Of a stretch of 64,000 bases of DNA, positions 28,878 through 39,282 are shown one piece after another. Source of the DNA: an uncultured Bacteroidales bacterium (GTDB lineage: Bacteria; Bacteroidota; Bacteroidia; Bacteroidales; UBA7960); the NCBI GenBank assembly GCA_964349365.1, contig CAYGFY010000005.1, positions 22,561 through 86,560 of the forward strand, in the 5' to 3' direction. Under the pieces are notes generated by a model that searched no databases, was not told the origin of the DNA, and worked only from the letters and a program-made list of their open reading frames with translations. Numbering within the stretch: the first letter of the stretch is position 1; each line of letters starts with the position of its first letter. The translations under genes and the position numbers were made by a program.

Positions 28878-31256
28878 TTATCTTGCCAATAAAACTTCAA
28901 AAGTATTGGGTTGGAGGGTAGCGGTGAGTTTTTCGCCGGAAATTTCGAAAAACGAATCGAAAATACCGGCGAATTTCTTGTCTGCCAAATGTTTTGGCAA
29001 ATCGATAACTACAGAAATTGGCTGGCGGCTTTTGTTGAATAAAACCACTGCCGAGTTATTGAAATACGTGCGCGAGTATGCCCAAAAACCATCTGACACC
29101 GATAAGGTTTTAAAGTCGCCAAAAATAAAAGCAAGGTTTTCTTTCCTGAGGTTAGTTAGTTTTGTTGTAGTATTGAGCAACCACCTTTGCCTTTTGGTGA
29201 GATTGTCGAATATCATTGGACGACGACTATCCGGGTCGCTTGCCCCGGGTATTCCAATCTCATCGCCATAGTAAATAACAGGCACCCCTGGTATTGTCAT
29301 TATGAAAGCCGTGAGCGAGGCCAGCTTGTTGTATCCCAATGAATCGCCAACCCCCACTTCTCTTGCCCATCCTGCCTCAATCTGGTTTTCGTCAAAACGC
29401 AAGCCGCCACCTGCAAGGCTGATGAACCGCGCCATGTCATGGTTGCCGGTAATATTACCCATCATGTTTTGAAATCCGTACTGGCTCAAGCTTTGATGGA
29501 GCGAAGCATTTAGTATTTGAAATGAAGTTTTATCAATTGCAAAAACCGTTCGTGAGTCAAAATAAAGGTTGAAGTCAAACTGCCCATCTAGCAAACCGCT
29601 CCCCACGTAACTCCCAATTAGCTCTCTGTTTCCAAAAGTTTCACCAATTTGAAAAAGCCTTTTGCCGTTGGGAATCATGTATTCCTCTTTCAGCTTTGCG
29701 GTAAGGGCCCTCCAAAATTCATGAGGCACGTGTTTGGTGGCATCGTGTCTGAAACCGTCAAGGTTGTATTCTGTTATCCAGAAAAACGCACTGTCAACCA
29801 TTGTTTTTATTACTTCCGGGTTAGAAAAATCGAGGCTGGGCAGAAAATCATCAAACCAGGTTGTTAGCCTTTGCTCGTCCCACAGCCTGATGTTTTTACG
29901 ACCGTCGGGGAGGTCAAGGGTTGTTGCATAATGCGGATTGTTTACAATAAGCGGATTGTTTTTGTGAACGTGGTTAGACACGAAATCGAGCATAACGCTC
30001 ATGTTGTTGGCGTGGGCTGTTTCAACCATGCGGCGCATGGCAGCGTCACTGCCAAATCTATGGTCAACCTTGGTTAAGGCAATTGGCCAGTAGCCGTGGT
30101 ATCCGGTAAATTTTCTTTTTGGCTCCGGAAACTCGATGTAGGCTTCAAGTGGGTTCTGCGCAATTGGCGAAAGCCATATTGTGTTTATGCCAAGCCTTTG
30201 AAAATAACCATCTTCAATTTTTTTTGTTATACCTTCAATATCTCCACCCCAAAAGTTTACCCGGTCTGCCACTTCGGGGTCTTTTACCGGATTGTCGTTG
30301 TTGGGGTTTCCGTTCTTGAACCTATCAACCATCATGAAATACAACATGGTTGCCTCCTTGTCTTGGCGAGTGAGTTGATCAGGGCAATTTACGGGCTTGC
30401 CTTTTTGAATTGGAATAAGCAGGTCGTTTGAAGGCCCATCTTGGTTTTGTGCAAATACCCTTATGTAGCTCCTGTGGAGTTTTCTTGCATCGGCCGGAAT
30501 GGTAATTTTAATGGTTCCATCGTCCTTTTTCGATATGCTCGATTCGGGGAGTTGGAAGTTTTGCCAAAGGGCCATGATTTCTGTAGGGTTGTTGGTTGAA
30601 GAAACCTCAATCTTGCTGCCCGATTGTGATTTTGGAGTGAGGTGTGGTGTTAGTTGGCGGTTAATTCCAGGTATTGACAATAGCGAGTTAACCCCGCCAA
30701 TGTTGTTGTCAACTGTTTCGGGGTTGTTTGGGTCGGTAATTTCGCGGCCATCAACAACCAGCTTGTAATGGTAATAACCCGGGGTGAGGTTTAGGCGAAC
30801 CATCCATTGCCCGTCAACAAGATGCAATGGCACAGAAGACCAATTGCTCATATCTCCTCTCATGAAAACCGACGAGTATCTGTTTGCCCCTTGGTCGAAG
30901 ATAAAATCGTGGCGTACCTTTTGGCTCCTTTGCAAAAGCAGGCTGTAACTATTGTCTCCCAACCAAACGTTTATCAACGAAACAAAAGGTGGTGTATTTT
31001 CTCTCCGGAAAATTTTTAATGAAGTTTTATCTTCAGAAAGCCAAAAAACAAGCTCGGGAGTACCGGTTACCGAATCAATTTTTTGCAAACTCGAGGGCCT
31101 GAAATAGTCTGCAAGCTCCAACACGGTCGTGTCGCCCTGGAGGGTAATGGGCGAGGCAAGTCCGAAAACATCCCCACCGTCATTAAAAATTGGCCTGCTG
31201 CACCCAAAGGCAATCAACCCGAGGAGAAGCGCTGTTAGCAAGGTTAATCTTTTCAT
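28878..31256 (-). CDS. large secreted GH13 enzyme (alpha-amylase/neopullulanase-like) with N-terminal carbohydrate-binding/E-set domains
   Basis: Signal/lipobox LIAFGCS. An AMPK-beta/CBM48-like segment (YHYKLVVDGREITDPNN). GH13 regions DFVSNH, NLDGFRHDATKHVP, FQIGETFG and ITGNHDMARF. Confidence 0.85.
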   Translation of the reverse strand: MKRLTLLTALLLGLIAFGCSRPIFNDGGDVFGLASPITLQGDTTVLELADYFRPSSLQKIDSVTGTPELVFWLSEDKTSLKIFRRENTPPFVSLINVWLGDNSYSLLLQRSQKVRHDFIFDQGANRYSSVFMRGDMSNWSSVPLHLVDGQWMVRLNLTPGYYHYKLVVDGREITDPNNPETVDNNIGGVNSLLSIPGINRQLTPHLTPKSQSGSKIEVSSTNNPTEIMALWQNFQLPESSISKKDDGTIKITIPADARKLHRSYIRVFAQNQDGPSNDLLIPIQKGKPVNCPDQLTRQDKEATMLYFMMVDRFKNGNPNNDNPVKDPEVADRVNFWGGDIEGITKKIEDGYFQRLGINTIWLSPIAQNPLEAYIEFPEPKRKFTGYHGYWPIALTKVDHRFGSDAAMRRMVETAHANNMSVMLDFVSNHVHKNNPLIVNNPHYATTLDLPDGRKNIRLWDEQRLTTWFDDFLPSLDFSNPEVIKTMVDSAFFWITEYNLDGFRHDATKHVPHEFWRALTAKLKEEYMIPNGKRLFQIGETFGNRELIGSYVGSGLLDGQFDFNLYFDSRTVFAIDKTSFQILNASLHQSLSQYGFQNMMGNITGNHDMARFISLAGGGLRFDENQIEAGWAREVGVGDSLGYNKLASLTAFIMTIPGVPVIYYGDEIGIPGASDPDSRRPMIFDNLTKRQRWLLNTTTKLTNLRKENLAFIFGDFKTLSVSDGFWAYSRTYFNNSAVVLFNKSRQPISVVIDLPKHLADKKFAGIFDSFFEISGEKLTATLQPNTFEVLLAR

Positions 31257-31341
31257 TGTTTCTTGAAATTAGAAATGTTAAATCAGTTACCAGAAATGTT
31301 TTGACTGTCGGCCAAGGGGATAACTCGGGCAAAAATTTAGT

Positions 31342-32613
31342 TTAAGATTCTTTAAGAACCGTAACAAGGACCTTTTCAATTAGTTTCTTGCTTACCTGCG
31401 AAATTCTGAACCGCAAGCCTTCAATGGTTATTTCTTGCCCTTTTTTGGGTATGGTTTCGAGGTGGTTCAAAATAAACCCGCCAAGGGTGTTGTATTCATC
31501 CGATTCCGGAATCTGAAAACTATACTTCTCGTTGAGGTAATCTATTTCGAGGCGCGCTGAAAGTATGTATTCGCCCTGGCCTAATTCCCTTTCAAGGAGG
31601 CTTTCAAAATCGTGCTCGTCGTCTATCTCGCCAAAGATTTCCTCCATGATATCTTCAATGGTAATGATTCCAGAGGTTCCACCAAACTCGTCAACCACCA
31701 CTGCAATGCTTTTCTTTTGCTTTATTAGCCTGTCAAAAAGTTTTTTGATCAACATTGTTTCGGGAACAAGTGCCAGTGGTTTGATTATCTCCGCTATTTC
31801 TTTAGGCTTCTTGAACAAATCGTATACATGCAGGTAGCCAATGATGTTGTCAATGGAATTTTTGTAAACCAACACCTTTGAATGGCCCGTTTTGGAAAGT
31901 ACCTGGCGAATTTTTTCTGGCTTCTCGGTATGTGCCACGGCCACTATTTCGGTGCGGGGCGTCATGCATTCGCGCACTTTTATGTCGGGAAACTCAATTG
32001 CATTTTTAAAAAGCTGCAGGTCCCTGGCTTCATCGTTGGGGGTGCCTGAAGCTTCGCCGTATTCTCTCAAAAAATTATCAATGTCAACAAAATCAAACCC
32101 CCTTTTTTGGTCATCGATGTCCATTTGGAAGAATAGTTTGAGAAAAAACCGCGATATTCCAATTGTTATAACAACCAAAGGGTACGTTGCCAAATATACA
32201 ATGTAAACCGGAAAAGAAAAAATCCCGAACAAGCGATTTGGGTTTATCCTGAATAATACCTTGGGCAAGAACTCGGCAAAAACCAAAATAATCGTTGACG
32301 AAATTATTGTTTGCCCCAAGAAAACCGAAAATTCGGTATTTACCCCAACAGGCAATACCCTATGCAGAAATGGTTCGAGAATTATGGCTATTGATAAACC
32401 GTAAACTACCAGGGCAAGGTTGTTTCCAACGAGCATCGCGGAAATGAAATTCGAATCGGAGTGCACAATTCTTGCAAGAAGGCGTGAGGAGAACCCACCC
32501 GTTTTCTTGTCAACCTCAAACTTTAACTTGTTGGCCGAAACAAAAGCAATTTCCATACCCGAAAAAAAGGCGGAAAGCAAAAGAGCCAAAAGTATAAGAT
32601 GGTATTCGTTCAC
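31342..32613 (-). CDS. CNNM/hemolysin-family membrane protein (DUF21, 2xCBS, CorC_HlyC), GldE-like
   Basis: Four N-terminal TM helices, a CBS pair and a C-terminal transporter-associated domain. This is the same architecture as Bacteroidota GldE. No gldD is adjacent, so it is not named gldE. Confidence 0.8.
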   Translation of the reverse strand: MNEYHLILLALLLSAFFSGMEIAFVSANKLKFEVDKKTGGFSSRLLARIVHSDSNFISAMLVGNNLALVVYGLSIAIILEPFLHRVLPVGVNTEFSVFLGQTIISSTIILVFAEFLPKVLFRINPNRLFGIFSFPVYIVYLATYPLVVITIGISRFFLKLFFQMDIDDQKRGFDFVDIDNFLREYGEASGTPNDEARDLQLFKNAIEFPDIKVRECMTPRTEIVAVAHTEKPEKIRQVLSKTGHSKVLVYKNSIDNIIGYLHVYDLFKKPKEIAEIIKPLALVPETMLIKKLFDRLIKQKKSIAVVVDEFGGTSGIITIEDIMEEIFGEIDDEHDFESLLERELGQGEYILSARLEIDYLNEKYSFQIPESDEYNTLGGFILNHLETIPKKGQEITIEGLRFRISQVSKKLIEKVLVTVLKES

Positions 32614-32883
32614 TTTTTGTTTTTTGCAAAATTAGTTTTTTTTGACATATCCAGTAAGGTTTTAGGGTTTGTAGCCCCGGTAAGTTTACAAGTTGGGTTC
32701 CCGGCATTAATTGTCCAAATCAACAATCGTTAGTCGTTAATCAATCGGCTTTTTTTTCTACTTTTGCTCTTCGCAAAAAGCCTGACTTTTTGTGTAATGC
32801 CAAATGGCGGCGAGTGCCTAAATAAAAGTAAGTTTGGTTCGTTTGGAAATGCCAAATGAATGGTTTGTTCAAATAATTTAAAC

Positions 32884-35346
32884 ATGAAAATTTCGTACTC
32901 TTGGCTTAAAAGATACGCCGATATTACAGAAACCCCTTTAGAACTCGCCAAAATCCTTACCGATTGTGGGCTTGAGGTTGAAAGCATCGAACAATTTGAT
33001 AGCGTAAAGGGTGGGCTCAACGGAGTTTTTGTTGGCGAGGTTATTTCTTGTTGCAAGCACCCCGATGCCGATAAACTGTTTGTGACAAGAGTCGATATAG
33101 GGACTGGCAAACTATTGCCCATGGTGTGCGGTGCATCCAACGTGGCGAAAGGGCAAAAAGTGCTGGTTGCCACGGTGGGCACAACTGTAAACACCAATTC
33201 GGGGCCTGTCGAGCTCAAAAAAGTTAAGATAAGGGGCGAGGTATCCGAAGGCATGATTTGTGCCGAAGACGAGCTGGGGTTAGGAAACTCACACGAAGGA
33301 ATAATGGTTTTGCCACCAGACGCTCCCGTTGGTCAAGAAGCATCAAAATACTTCAACGTAACTACCGATTACGTTTTCGAAATAGGCCTCACACCCAACC
33401 GTATTGATGCAGCGTGCCACATCGGGGCTGCCAGGGATATAGTGGCATCTGTAAACCAATCGAAAGGAAAAGGAACCCTGAAACTAAAATATCCTTCGGT
33501 CGATGGGTTTAAACCCGACAATAACCACCTTCCAATTCAGGTAAAGGTTGAAGATACAGATGCATGTCCGCGATATAGTGGCGTGACCATTTCTGGCTTA
33601 GAGGTTAAAGAATCGCCACAATGGTTAAAATCAAAATTGCTTGGCATCGGTCAAAAACCCATAAACAACGTCGTTGATGTAACCAATTTCGTTCTTCACG
33701 AAACCGGCCAACCATTGCATGCATTTGATGCGAAGCAGGTAAAGGGCAGCAAGGTGGTTGTCCGAAAAGCCCCAGCGGGTGCTCCATTCGTAACCCTCGA
33801 CGGTGTGGAAAGACAACTTACCGGGCATGATCTCATGATTTGCAACGCAGAAGATTTTATGTGCATTGGAGGTATTTTGGGAGGAATGTTTTCGGGGGTT
33901 ACTGCCCAAACAACTGCCATATTTTTGGAAAGCGCCCATTTCAACCCGGTTACCATTCGCAAATCATCAAAGCACCACGGCCTAAAAACCGATGCTTCCT
34001 TCAGGTTCGAGAGGGGCTCCGACCCCGAAGCTACAGTTTACGCACTAAAAAGGGCGGCAATGTTGATAAAAGAAGTTGCCGGTGGCGAAATTTCGTCCGA
34101 AATTGTTGACGAGTACCCCGTACCAGCTCATCCTGCTGTTGTTGAGTTTAACATTGATAGGGCAGCGGTATTAATTGGAAAGAAAATCTCTCACGTTGAG
34201 GTTCTGGAAATTTTCGAAAACCTCGACATAAAGGTTCTCGAAAAAAGGGGCGATGTTTTGATCCTTTCCATACCAACCTACCGCGTTGACGTAACCCGCC
34301 AGGCCGATGTCATTGAAGAGATTCTGCGCATTTACGGCTTCAATAGCGTTGAGGTGCCCGAAAGGTTGATGTCATCGGTGGTGGCAACGCCAAAGCCTGA
34401 CAAGGAGCAATTGCAAAACATTGTTTCGGACTTGCTTGCAGCCAGGGGCTTCAACGAAATAATTAACAACTCCTTGACCAAAAGCGAGTATTTCACGAAA
34501 AATGGATTTAGCAATGATGCTTCCATAAAGATTCTTAACCCTTTGAGCCAAGACCTAAATGTGTTGCGGCAATCGCTTCTGTTTGGCGGACTCGAAACAA
34601 TACTATACAATCAGAATAGGAAAGAACTCAACTTGAAGCTCTTCGAATTCGGGAAGATTTACCAAAAAGACAACTCCGTGGAGGCACCTGCCCACCCGCT
34701 TGAGCCTTTCAAGGAGAATATGCAGTTGTCAATTTTTGTTACAGGAAACAAGATGCCCGAAACTTGGAGCGTGAAGGAGACCAAAAGCGATTTCTTTGAC
34801 ATTAAGTCAGAGGTCCTTGCCGTGCTCGCCAAGTTGGGATTTGAAGGGCAAGAAATAAAACTAAAGGATGACGAGCTGGACCCGATTTTCGAATACGGCG
34901 CCAACCTTTTCCTTGAAAAGAAAAAAATAGCATCGTTGGGGTTGGTCAAGAAATCTATTACCAAGGAGGCTGACATCAAGAATCAAGTTTTTCATGCAAT
35001 CATGCATTGGGAAACCATTGTTGAGGCCAAGGCAAGCAGCGAAATTCAATACAAGGAAATTCCAAAGTTCCCTGAGGTTAGGCGCGATTTGGCCCTCTTG
35101 ATTGACAATTCGGTTAAGTTTTCTGAAATTGAAAAAATCGCCTTCGAAGTTGAAGGATTTTTGCTCAAAAACGTGGGGCTTTTCGACATTTACCACGACA
35201 AGAGCCTAGGCGAAAACAAAAAGTCGTATGCCGTGAGCTTCACCCTGTTGGATGCCGAAAAAACCCTCACCGACAAGGTAATTGACAAAACCATGGAAAA
35301 GTTGATCGAAAGTTACAAAAAGCGCCTGGGAGCGGAGATACGGTAG
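32884..35346 (+). CDS. pheT: phenylalanine--tRNA ligase beta subunit
   Basis: MKISYSWLKRY start, tRNA-binding domain (KHPDADKL.V..VD.G), B3/4, B5 and C-terminal FDX-ACB domains. 820 aa. Confidence 0.95.
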   Translation: MKISYSWLKRYADITETPLELAKILTDCGLEVESIEQFDSVKGGLNGVFVGEVISCCKHPDADKLFVTRVDIGTGKLLPMVCGASNVAKGQKVLVATVGTTVNTNSGPVELKKVKIRGEVSEGMICAEDELGLGNSHEGIMVLPPDAPVGQEASKYFNVTTDYVFEIGLTPNRIDAACHIGAARDIVASVNQSKGKGTLKLKYPSVDGFKPDNNHLPIQVKVEDTDACPRYSGVTISGLEVKESPQWLKSKLLGIGQKPINNVVDVTNFVLHETGQPLHAFDAKQVKGSKVVVRKAPAGAPFVTLDGVERQLTGHDLMICNAEDFMCIGGILGGMFSGVTAQTTAIFLESAHFNPVTIRKSSKHHGLKTDASFRFERGSDPEATVYALKRAAMLIKEVAGGEISSEIVDEYPVPAHPAVVEFNIDRAAVLIGKKISHVEVLEIFENLDIKVLEKRGDVLILSIPTYRVDVTRQADVIEEILRIYGFNSVEVPERLMSSVVATPKPDKEQLQNIVSDLLAARGFNEIINNSLTKSEYFTKNGFSNDASIKILNPLSQDLNVLRQSLLFGGLETILYNQNRKELNLKLFEFGKIYQKDNSVEAPAHPLEPFKENMQLSIFVTGNKMPETWSVKETKSDFFDIKSEVLAVLAKLGFEGQEIKLKDDELDPIFEYGANLFLEKKKIASLGLVKKSITKEADIKNQVFHAIMHWETIVEAKASSEIQYKEIPKFPEVRRDLALLIDNSVKFSEIEKIAFEVEGFLLKNVGLFDIYHDKSLGENKKSYAVSFTLLDAEKTLTDKVIDKTMEKLIESYKKRLGAEIR

Positions 35347-35624
35347 GTTTCAGTGAATAGTGTACAGTGAACAGTTAAGAACTAAGAGTGAATAGTGAAT
35401 AATTGACACTGGACAATTGACAATTAAAAATTACGAACCTGGCGAAGCGATCTCACGACCAGAGGGAGTAATTACGAATTACGAAAAAAAAGTTTGAGAA
35501 TTACAATTAATGACAACCAATGACGGCGAAGCCAAATGACCAAAAATGACCCTTAACTAACCCTCTCAACAACTCAACCCGAAACTTCTTAAACTTTTTA
35601 AACTTTTCAACTTCTAATTTTCTC
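35347..35624. repeat. AT-rich stuttering word-repeat spacer (chains of locally duplicated 6-12-mers)
   Basis: Seen directly: cagtgaatagtg/tacagtgaacag/gagtgaatagtgaat; ttgacactggacaattgacaatt; aattacgaa...aattacgaattacgaa; aattaatgacaaccaatgac...aaatgaccaaaaatgaccc; aaacttcttaaactttttaaacttttcaacttc. Confidence 0.7.
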
Positions 35625-36392
35625 ATGTTCTGGATAGACACACACACGCATTTGTTTTTGGAGGAGTTTGACGCCGACCGTACCGAGGTGGTGCAAAGGG
35701 CGATAAGCGCTGGCGTGGATGTGATGATTATGCCAAACGTGGATGTTTCTACCGTTGATTCCCTTCTGAAGACCGCGAGCAGCTTCCCGAATAACTGTTT
35801 GCCAATGATGGGGCTGCACCCAACATCCGTAAAGGAAGACTACAAAGAACAACTTGAAGAAATAGAAGAATTGCTCCGAACCAAGAAGTTCATCGCCGTT
35901 GGCGAAACCGGGATAGACCTATACTGGGACAAGTCATTTTTCAAGCAACAAGTTGAGTCATTTAAAATGCAAATAGAACTTGCGCTTGAACTTTCGCTGC
36001 CAATTGTTGTACATTCGCGCGAGTCGCTGCAAGAAATTTTCGACGTGCTTGAACCATACGAGGGAAGAGGCCTGACAGGTGTCTTTCACTGCTTCCCTGG
36101 CAACATACAACAAGCCGAAAAGGTATTAGATATGGGCTTTGTGCTTGGTATTGGTGGTGTGGTTACATTCAAAAATAGTATGATGGGCAAGGTTGTGAAA
36201 CACGTTGGCCTGGAGCATTTGGTGCTAGAAACCGACTCGCCCTACCTGGCACCTGTTCCCCACAGGGGCAAGCGCAATCAAAGTGCCTACATACCGCTTG
36301 TAGGACAAAAAGTTGCAGAAATAGCTGGGCAATCGGTGGCAAAAGTTGCCGAGGTTACGACCAATAATGCGAGGCAGGTTTTTGGTATTTGA
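35625..36392 (+). CDS. TatD-family metal-dependent hydrolase
   Basis: IDTHTHL, GETGIDLYW, VVHSRES, FHCF and LETDSPYLAP. Confidence 0.9.
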   Translation: MFWIDTHTHLFLEEFDADRTEVVQRAISAGVDVMIMPNVDVSTVDSLLKTASSFPNNCLPMMGLHPTSVKEDYKEQLEEIEELLRTKKFIAVGETGIDLYWDKSFFKQQVESFKMQIELALELSLPIVVHSRESLQEIFDVLEPYEGRGLTGVFHCFPGNIQQAEKVLDMGFVLGIGGVVTFKNSMMGKVVKHVGLEHLVLETDSPYLAPVPHRGKRNQSAYIPLVGQKVAEIAGQSVAKVAEVTTNNARQVFGI

Positions 36393-36440
36393 AAAAGCCC
36401 TATTTTTGAGCAATGTTTTCACAAGGAAAAACCATTTTCT

Positions 36441-37511
36441 ATGAGAGCCATCATCTTTACATTTTTTTTTGCTACAACGATTATCCTAAATGGGCAGACC
36501 TCATACCAACCAGGTTTTTTTGTTGACAACCAAGGTAATAGAACCGAAGGCTTTGTTTTTAACCAAGACTGGAGAAGGAATCCTACCTGGTTTTATTTCA
36601 AGGCAACCGATGACTCGCCATCTCAAAGAATGGAAATGCACGGTGTTAGTGAGTTTGGTGTTTACAATTTTTTCAGGTATGTAAGGGCTACTGTTGATTG
36701 CGATACTTCTCCAATCGAGTTCCAAAATCTTTCTGCTGAGGCTGATCCTGTGTGGGCATCGGGTACGTTTTTCTTGAAAGTTGAGGTTGAAGGACCTGCC
36801 TCGCTTTATTCCCTTCAAGGTAACTCTTTTTTGTTCTTCTTTTCAACCGCCGACAATCCCATTACCCAATTGGTTTACCAGCAATACCACGTTGGTAGTG
36901 ATGCTGCTGCAAGAATTGTGGCATCCAACCGCTCATTCTTCCGACAGCCTTACAGCTACGTAAATTGCAACAATCACGATGTTTCGTGCTTTCACCAACT
37001 CGACTACAGCATTTCGCAATTGAGTCGGGTATTTGAGGAACATAATAACTGTCTCGGCGAAGGCTCCATAGTTTACTCGAATTTATCCAATAAGAAGCGA
37101 AAGGTTTTTTCTCTGTTGGCATCTGCAGGTTTTATTCACCCTTCAGTAACCGTAAATCACCCCTTTTCTCAAGCACGTACTGCTGATTTCGGCTCTCAAA
37201 CCAGTCTTTCTTTCAAAGTTGAAGGCGAATTTCTTCTCCCTTTTCATGTGAACGCCTGGAGTGTACCTTTTGGGGTTTTCAACACAAAATACGAGGCAGA
37301 GGTAACTGAGGGTTGTCATTTAAAAAGAATTAGTTTGAATTCAACTGCCGCATTGTTGGGTTTTAGGCGTTACTTTTTCATTAACCCAAACCTAAATCTT
37401 TACGCAAATGTTTTTTTTAACTTTTATCCCACAAAACCCTCTTCTTCATATCTCTTTGTTTCCGAAGCTCTCGGCCAAGAATTTCTAGTTTCAGGTAATT
37501 TTTCTTTTTGA
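36441..37511 (+). CDS. hypothetical secreted/outer-membrane protein
   Basis: Signal peptide MRAIIFTFFFATTIILNGQ. The C-terminal third has alternating beta-strand character and ends ...GNFSF (terminal Phe). I recognise no family. Confidence 0.6.
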   Translation: MRAIIFTFFFATTIILNGQTSYQPGFFVDNQGNRTEGFVFNQDWRRNPTWFYFKATDDSPSQRMEMHGVSEFGVYNFFRYVRATVDCDTSPIEFQNLSAEADPVWASGTFFLKVEVEGPASLYSLQGNSFLFFFSTADNPITQLVYQQYHVGSDAAARIVASNRSFFRQPYSYVNCNNHDVSCFHQLDYSISQLSRVFEEHNNCLGEGSIVYSNLSNKKRKVFSLLASAGFIHPSVTVNHPFSQARTADFGSQTSLSFKVEGEFLLPFHVNAWSVPFGVFNTKYEAEVTEGCHLKRISLNSTAALLGFRRYFFINPNLNLYANVFFNFYPTKPSSSYLFVSEALGQEFLVSGNFSF

Positions 37512-37668
37512 GTTGGCATAAATGTATTGAGGTTTAATTTGGAGCCAAGGTTTTTTTCAAAAAGAGTTCATCGCGGTGGGGCCGAGGGTAGGTAAAAAAT
37601 GTTTTCTGTTTTTGCTGGGGTAAGGCTTTTTTAAACCAAGTTTGAATTGGATTTGCATTTTTCTTTTT

Positions 37669-38721
37669 ATGACAAAAAACCAACCATCCATCCTAATCAT
37701 TTACACCGGCGGCACCATTGGTATGGTCGAAGACAGTGCCACTGGAGTTTTGAGCCCTTTTGATTTCGAACATCTAACCGATGCAATACCGGAGCTCAAG
37801 CGTTTCAAGTGCAACCTCGAAAGCATTTCCTTCGATCCGGTTATTGACTCCAGTAACATGACTCCCAAAGTGTGGGTAAAGCTGGCACGAATAATCGAAG
37901 AAAGTTACGACAGGTTCGACGGTTTCGTAATATTGCACGGTTCCGACACCATGTCTTACACGGCCTCGGCCTTGAGCTTTATGCTCGAGAATTTGTCAAA
38001 GCCCGTTATACTTACTGGCTCGCAATTGCCCATAGGTGTGATTCGCACCGATGGCAAGGAAAACTTTATCACTTCCGTGGAAATTGCCTCCGCAAGAATC
38101 AACGGCAAGCCCATAGTACCCGAAGTTTGCATTTATTTTGAATACCAGCTTTACCGGGGTAATCGAACGCATAAATTCAACGCCGAGCACTTCGAGGCTT
38201 TCCGCTCGGTAAACTACCCTGTACTTGCCAGGGCGGGTGTTTCAATCAAGTACGATTTCTCTGCTATTCATCATGCCAAAGATCAAGAATTCCGGATTTT
38301 CACCAATCTCGACACCAATGTTGCAATACTTAAAATATTTCCCGGCATTTCGGAAGCCGTTGTAAGGGCAACCCTAAATATTGCAGGCCTCAAAGCGCTT
38401 GTCTTCGAAACCTACGGCGCCGGTAATGCCCCTACTCAGCCTTGGCTTATCAATTTGCTCGGCGATTCGATTAAAAACGGCCTGATAGTTTGTAATGTTA
38501 CCCAGTGTAGGGGAGGAGCGGTAGAAATGTCTAAATACGAAACGGGTAGAGCCCTGGAAAAAATCGGTATGGTAAGCGGCCGAGATATAACCACCGAGGC
38601 AGCTATTACAAAGTTGATGTACCTGCTCGGAAACAACTACTCAATAGAGAAGGTTAAACAATACTTTCAAAAACCACTGCGCGGCGAAATGGCAATGGCA
38701 GGGCGATTTGACTTGGTGTAG
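37669..38721 (+). CDS. ansA: type I (cytoplasmic) L-asparaginase
   Basis: ILIIYTGGTIGM and ILHGSDTMSYTASAL, with asparaginase C-terminal domain organisation. ATG at 37669 is preferred over TTG at 37642. Confidence 0.85.
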   Translation: MTKNQPSILIIYTGGTIGMVEDSATGVLSPFDFEHLTDAIPELKRFKCNLESISFDPVIDSSNMTPKVWVKLARIIEESYDRFDGFVILHGSDTMSYTASALSFMLENLSKPVILTGSQLPIGVIRTDGKENFITSVEIASARINGKPIVPEVCIYFEYQLYRGNRTHKFNAEHFEAFRSVNYPVLARAGVSIKYDFSAIHHAKDQEFRIFTNLDTNVAILKIFPGISEAVVRATLNIAGLKALVFETYGAGNAPTQPWLINLLGDSIKNGLIVCNVTQCRGGAVEMSKYETGRALEKIGMVSGRDITTEAAITKLMYLLGNNYSIEKVKQYFQKPLRGEMAMAGRFDLV

Positions 38722-38745
38722 GTTAAGTAGAGGGCTTGGCTCTAC

Positions 38746-39183
38746 CTACTCTTCGTCAATAACCTCGATTTGGTCAATAACAATATACGACCCCGGAAAT
38801 TCGTGTGAAATATGGTTCAAAAAACGTTGGGCGTCGATGCGGGTTTTAAAGTTACCTACCCTTAGTTTAAAGTCAGGAGCATCGTAGGTAACGTAAGATT
38901 TAACATTTGGATATCTTGAATTGAAAGCTGATTGCCTTCCAAAAATCCTTTGCCTCGACTGGGCCCCACCTTCGGAGGTGATTTGAATCCTAAAGCCCCT
39001 AATGCCGTCCTTTCTCTCCACAACCTCGCGGTGCGCGCAAAGCAACAGCTCTATTGCTGGATCTTGCATAACCTTAACTCTAAGCCTAATTTGGTTATTG
39101 CAGGCCGAGAAATGAGTGTTTTGAGCGAAGCTAGTACCCGCCGTGACGATTAAAACCAAAAAAGCAAACAAGATCTGCTTCAT
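38746..39183 (-). CDS. SPOR domain-containing protein
   Basis: Signal peptide, then GFRIQITSEGG...YDAPDFKLRVGNFKTRIDAQRFLNHI, which fits the SPOR fold pattern. Confidence 0.75.
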   Translation of the reverse strand: MKQILFAFLVLIVTAGTSFAQNTHFSACNNQIRLRVKVMQDPAIELLLCAHREVVERKDGIRGFRIQITSEGGAQSRQRIFGRQSAFNSRYPNVKSYVTYDAPDFKLRVGNFKTRIDAQRFLNHISHEFPGSYIVIDQIEVIDEE

Positions 39184-39282
39184 AAAGCATGATTTTCACA
39201 AAAGTAAGAAAAAATCACGTCAGTACCAAAAACCTTTCGCCGTTTTTTCTAAGAAAATCAATATTGGCTTAATGTGTGTGGT

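Noticed and set aside
32730-33254. 174-aa minus-strand ORF overlapping the pheT 5' end
   Set aside because: It is a shadow ORF of pheT. It is Ser/Thr/Pro-rich with no family resemblance.
38727-38745. Hairpin GTAGAG-ggcttgg-CTCTAC between ansA and the convergent SPOR gene
   Set aside because: It is only a 6-bp stem with no flanking T- or A-tract and it overlaps the SPOR stop codon, which is too weak to call a terminator.
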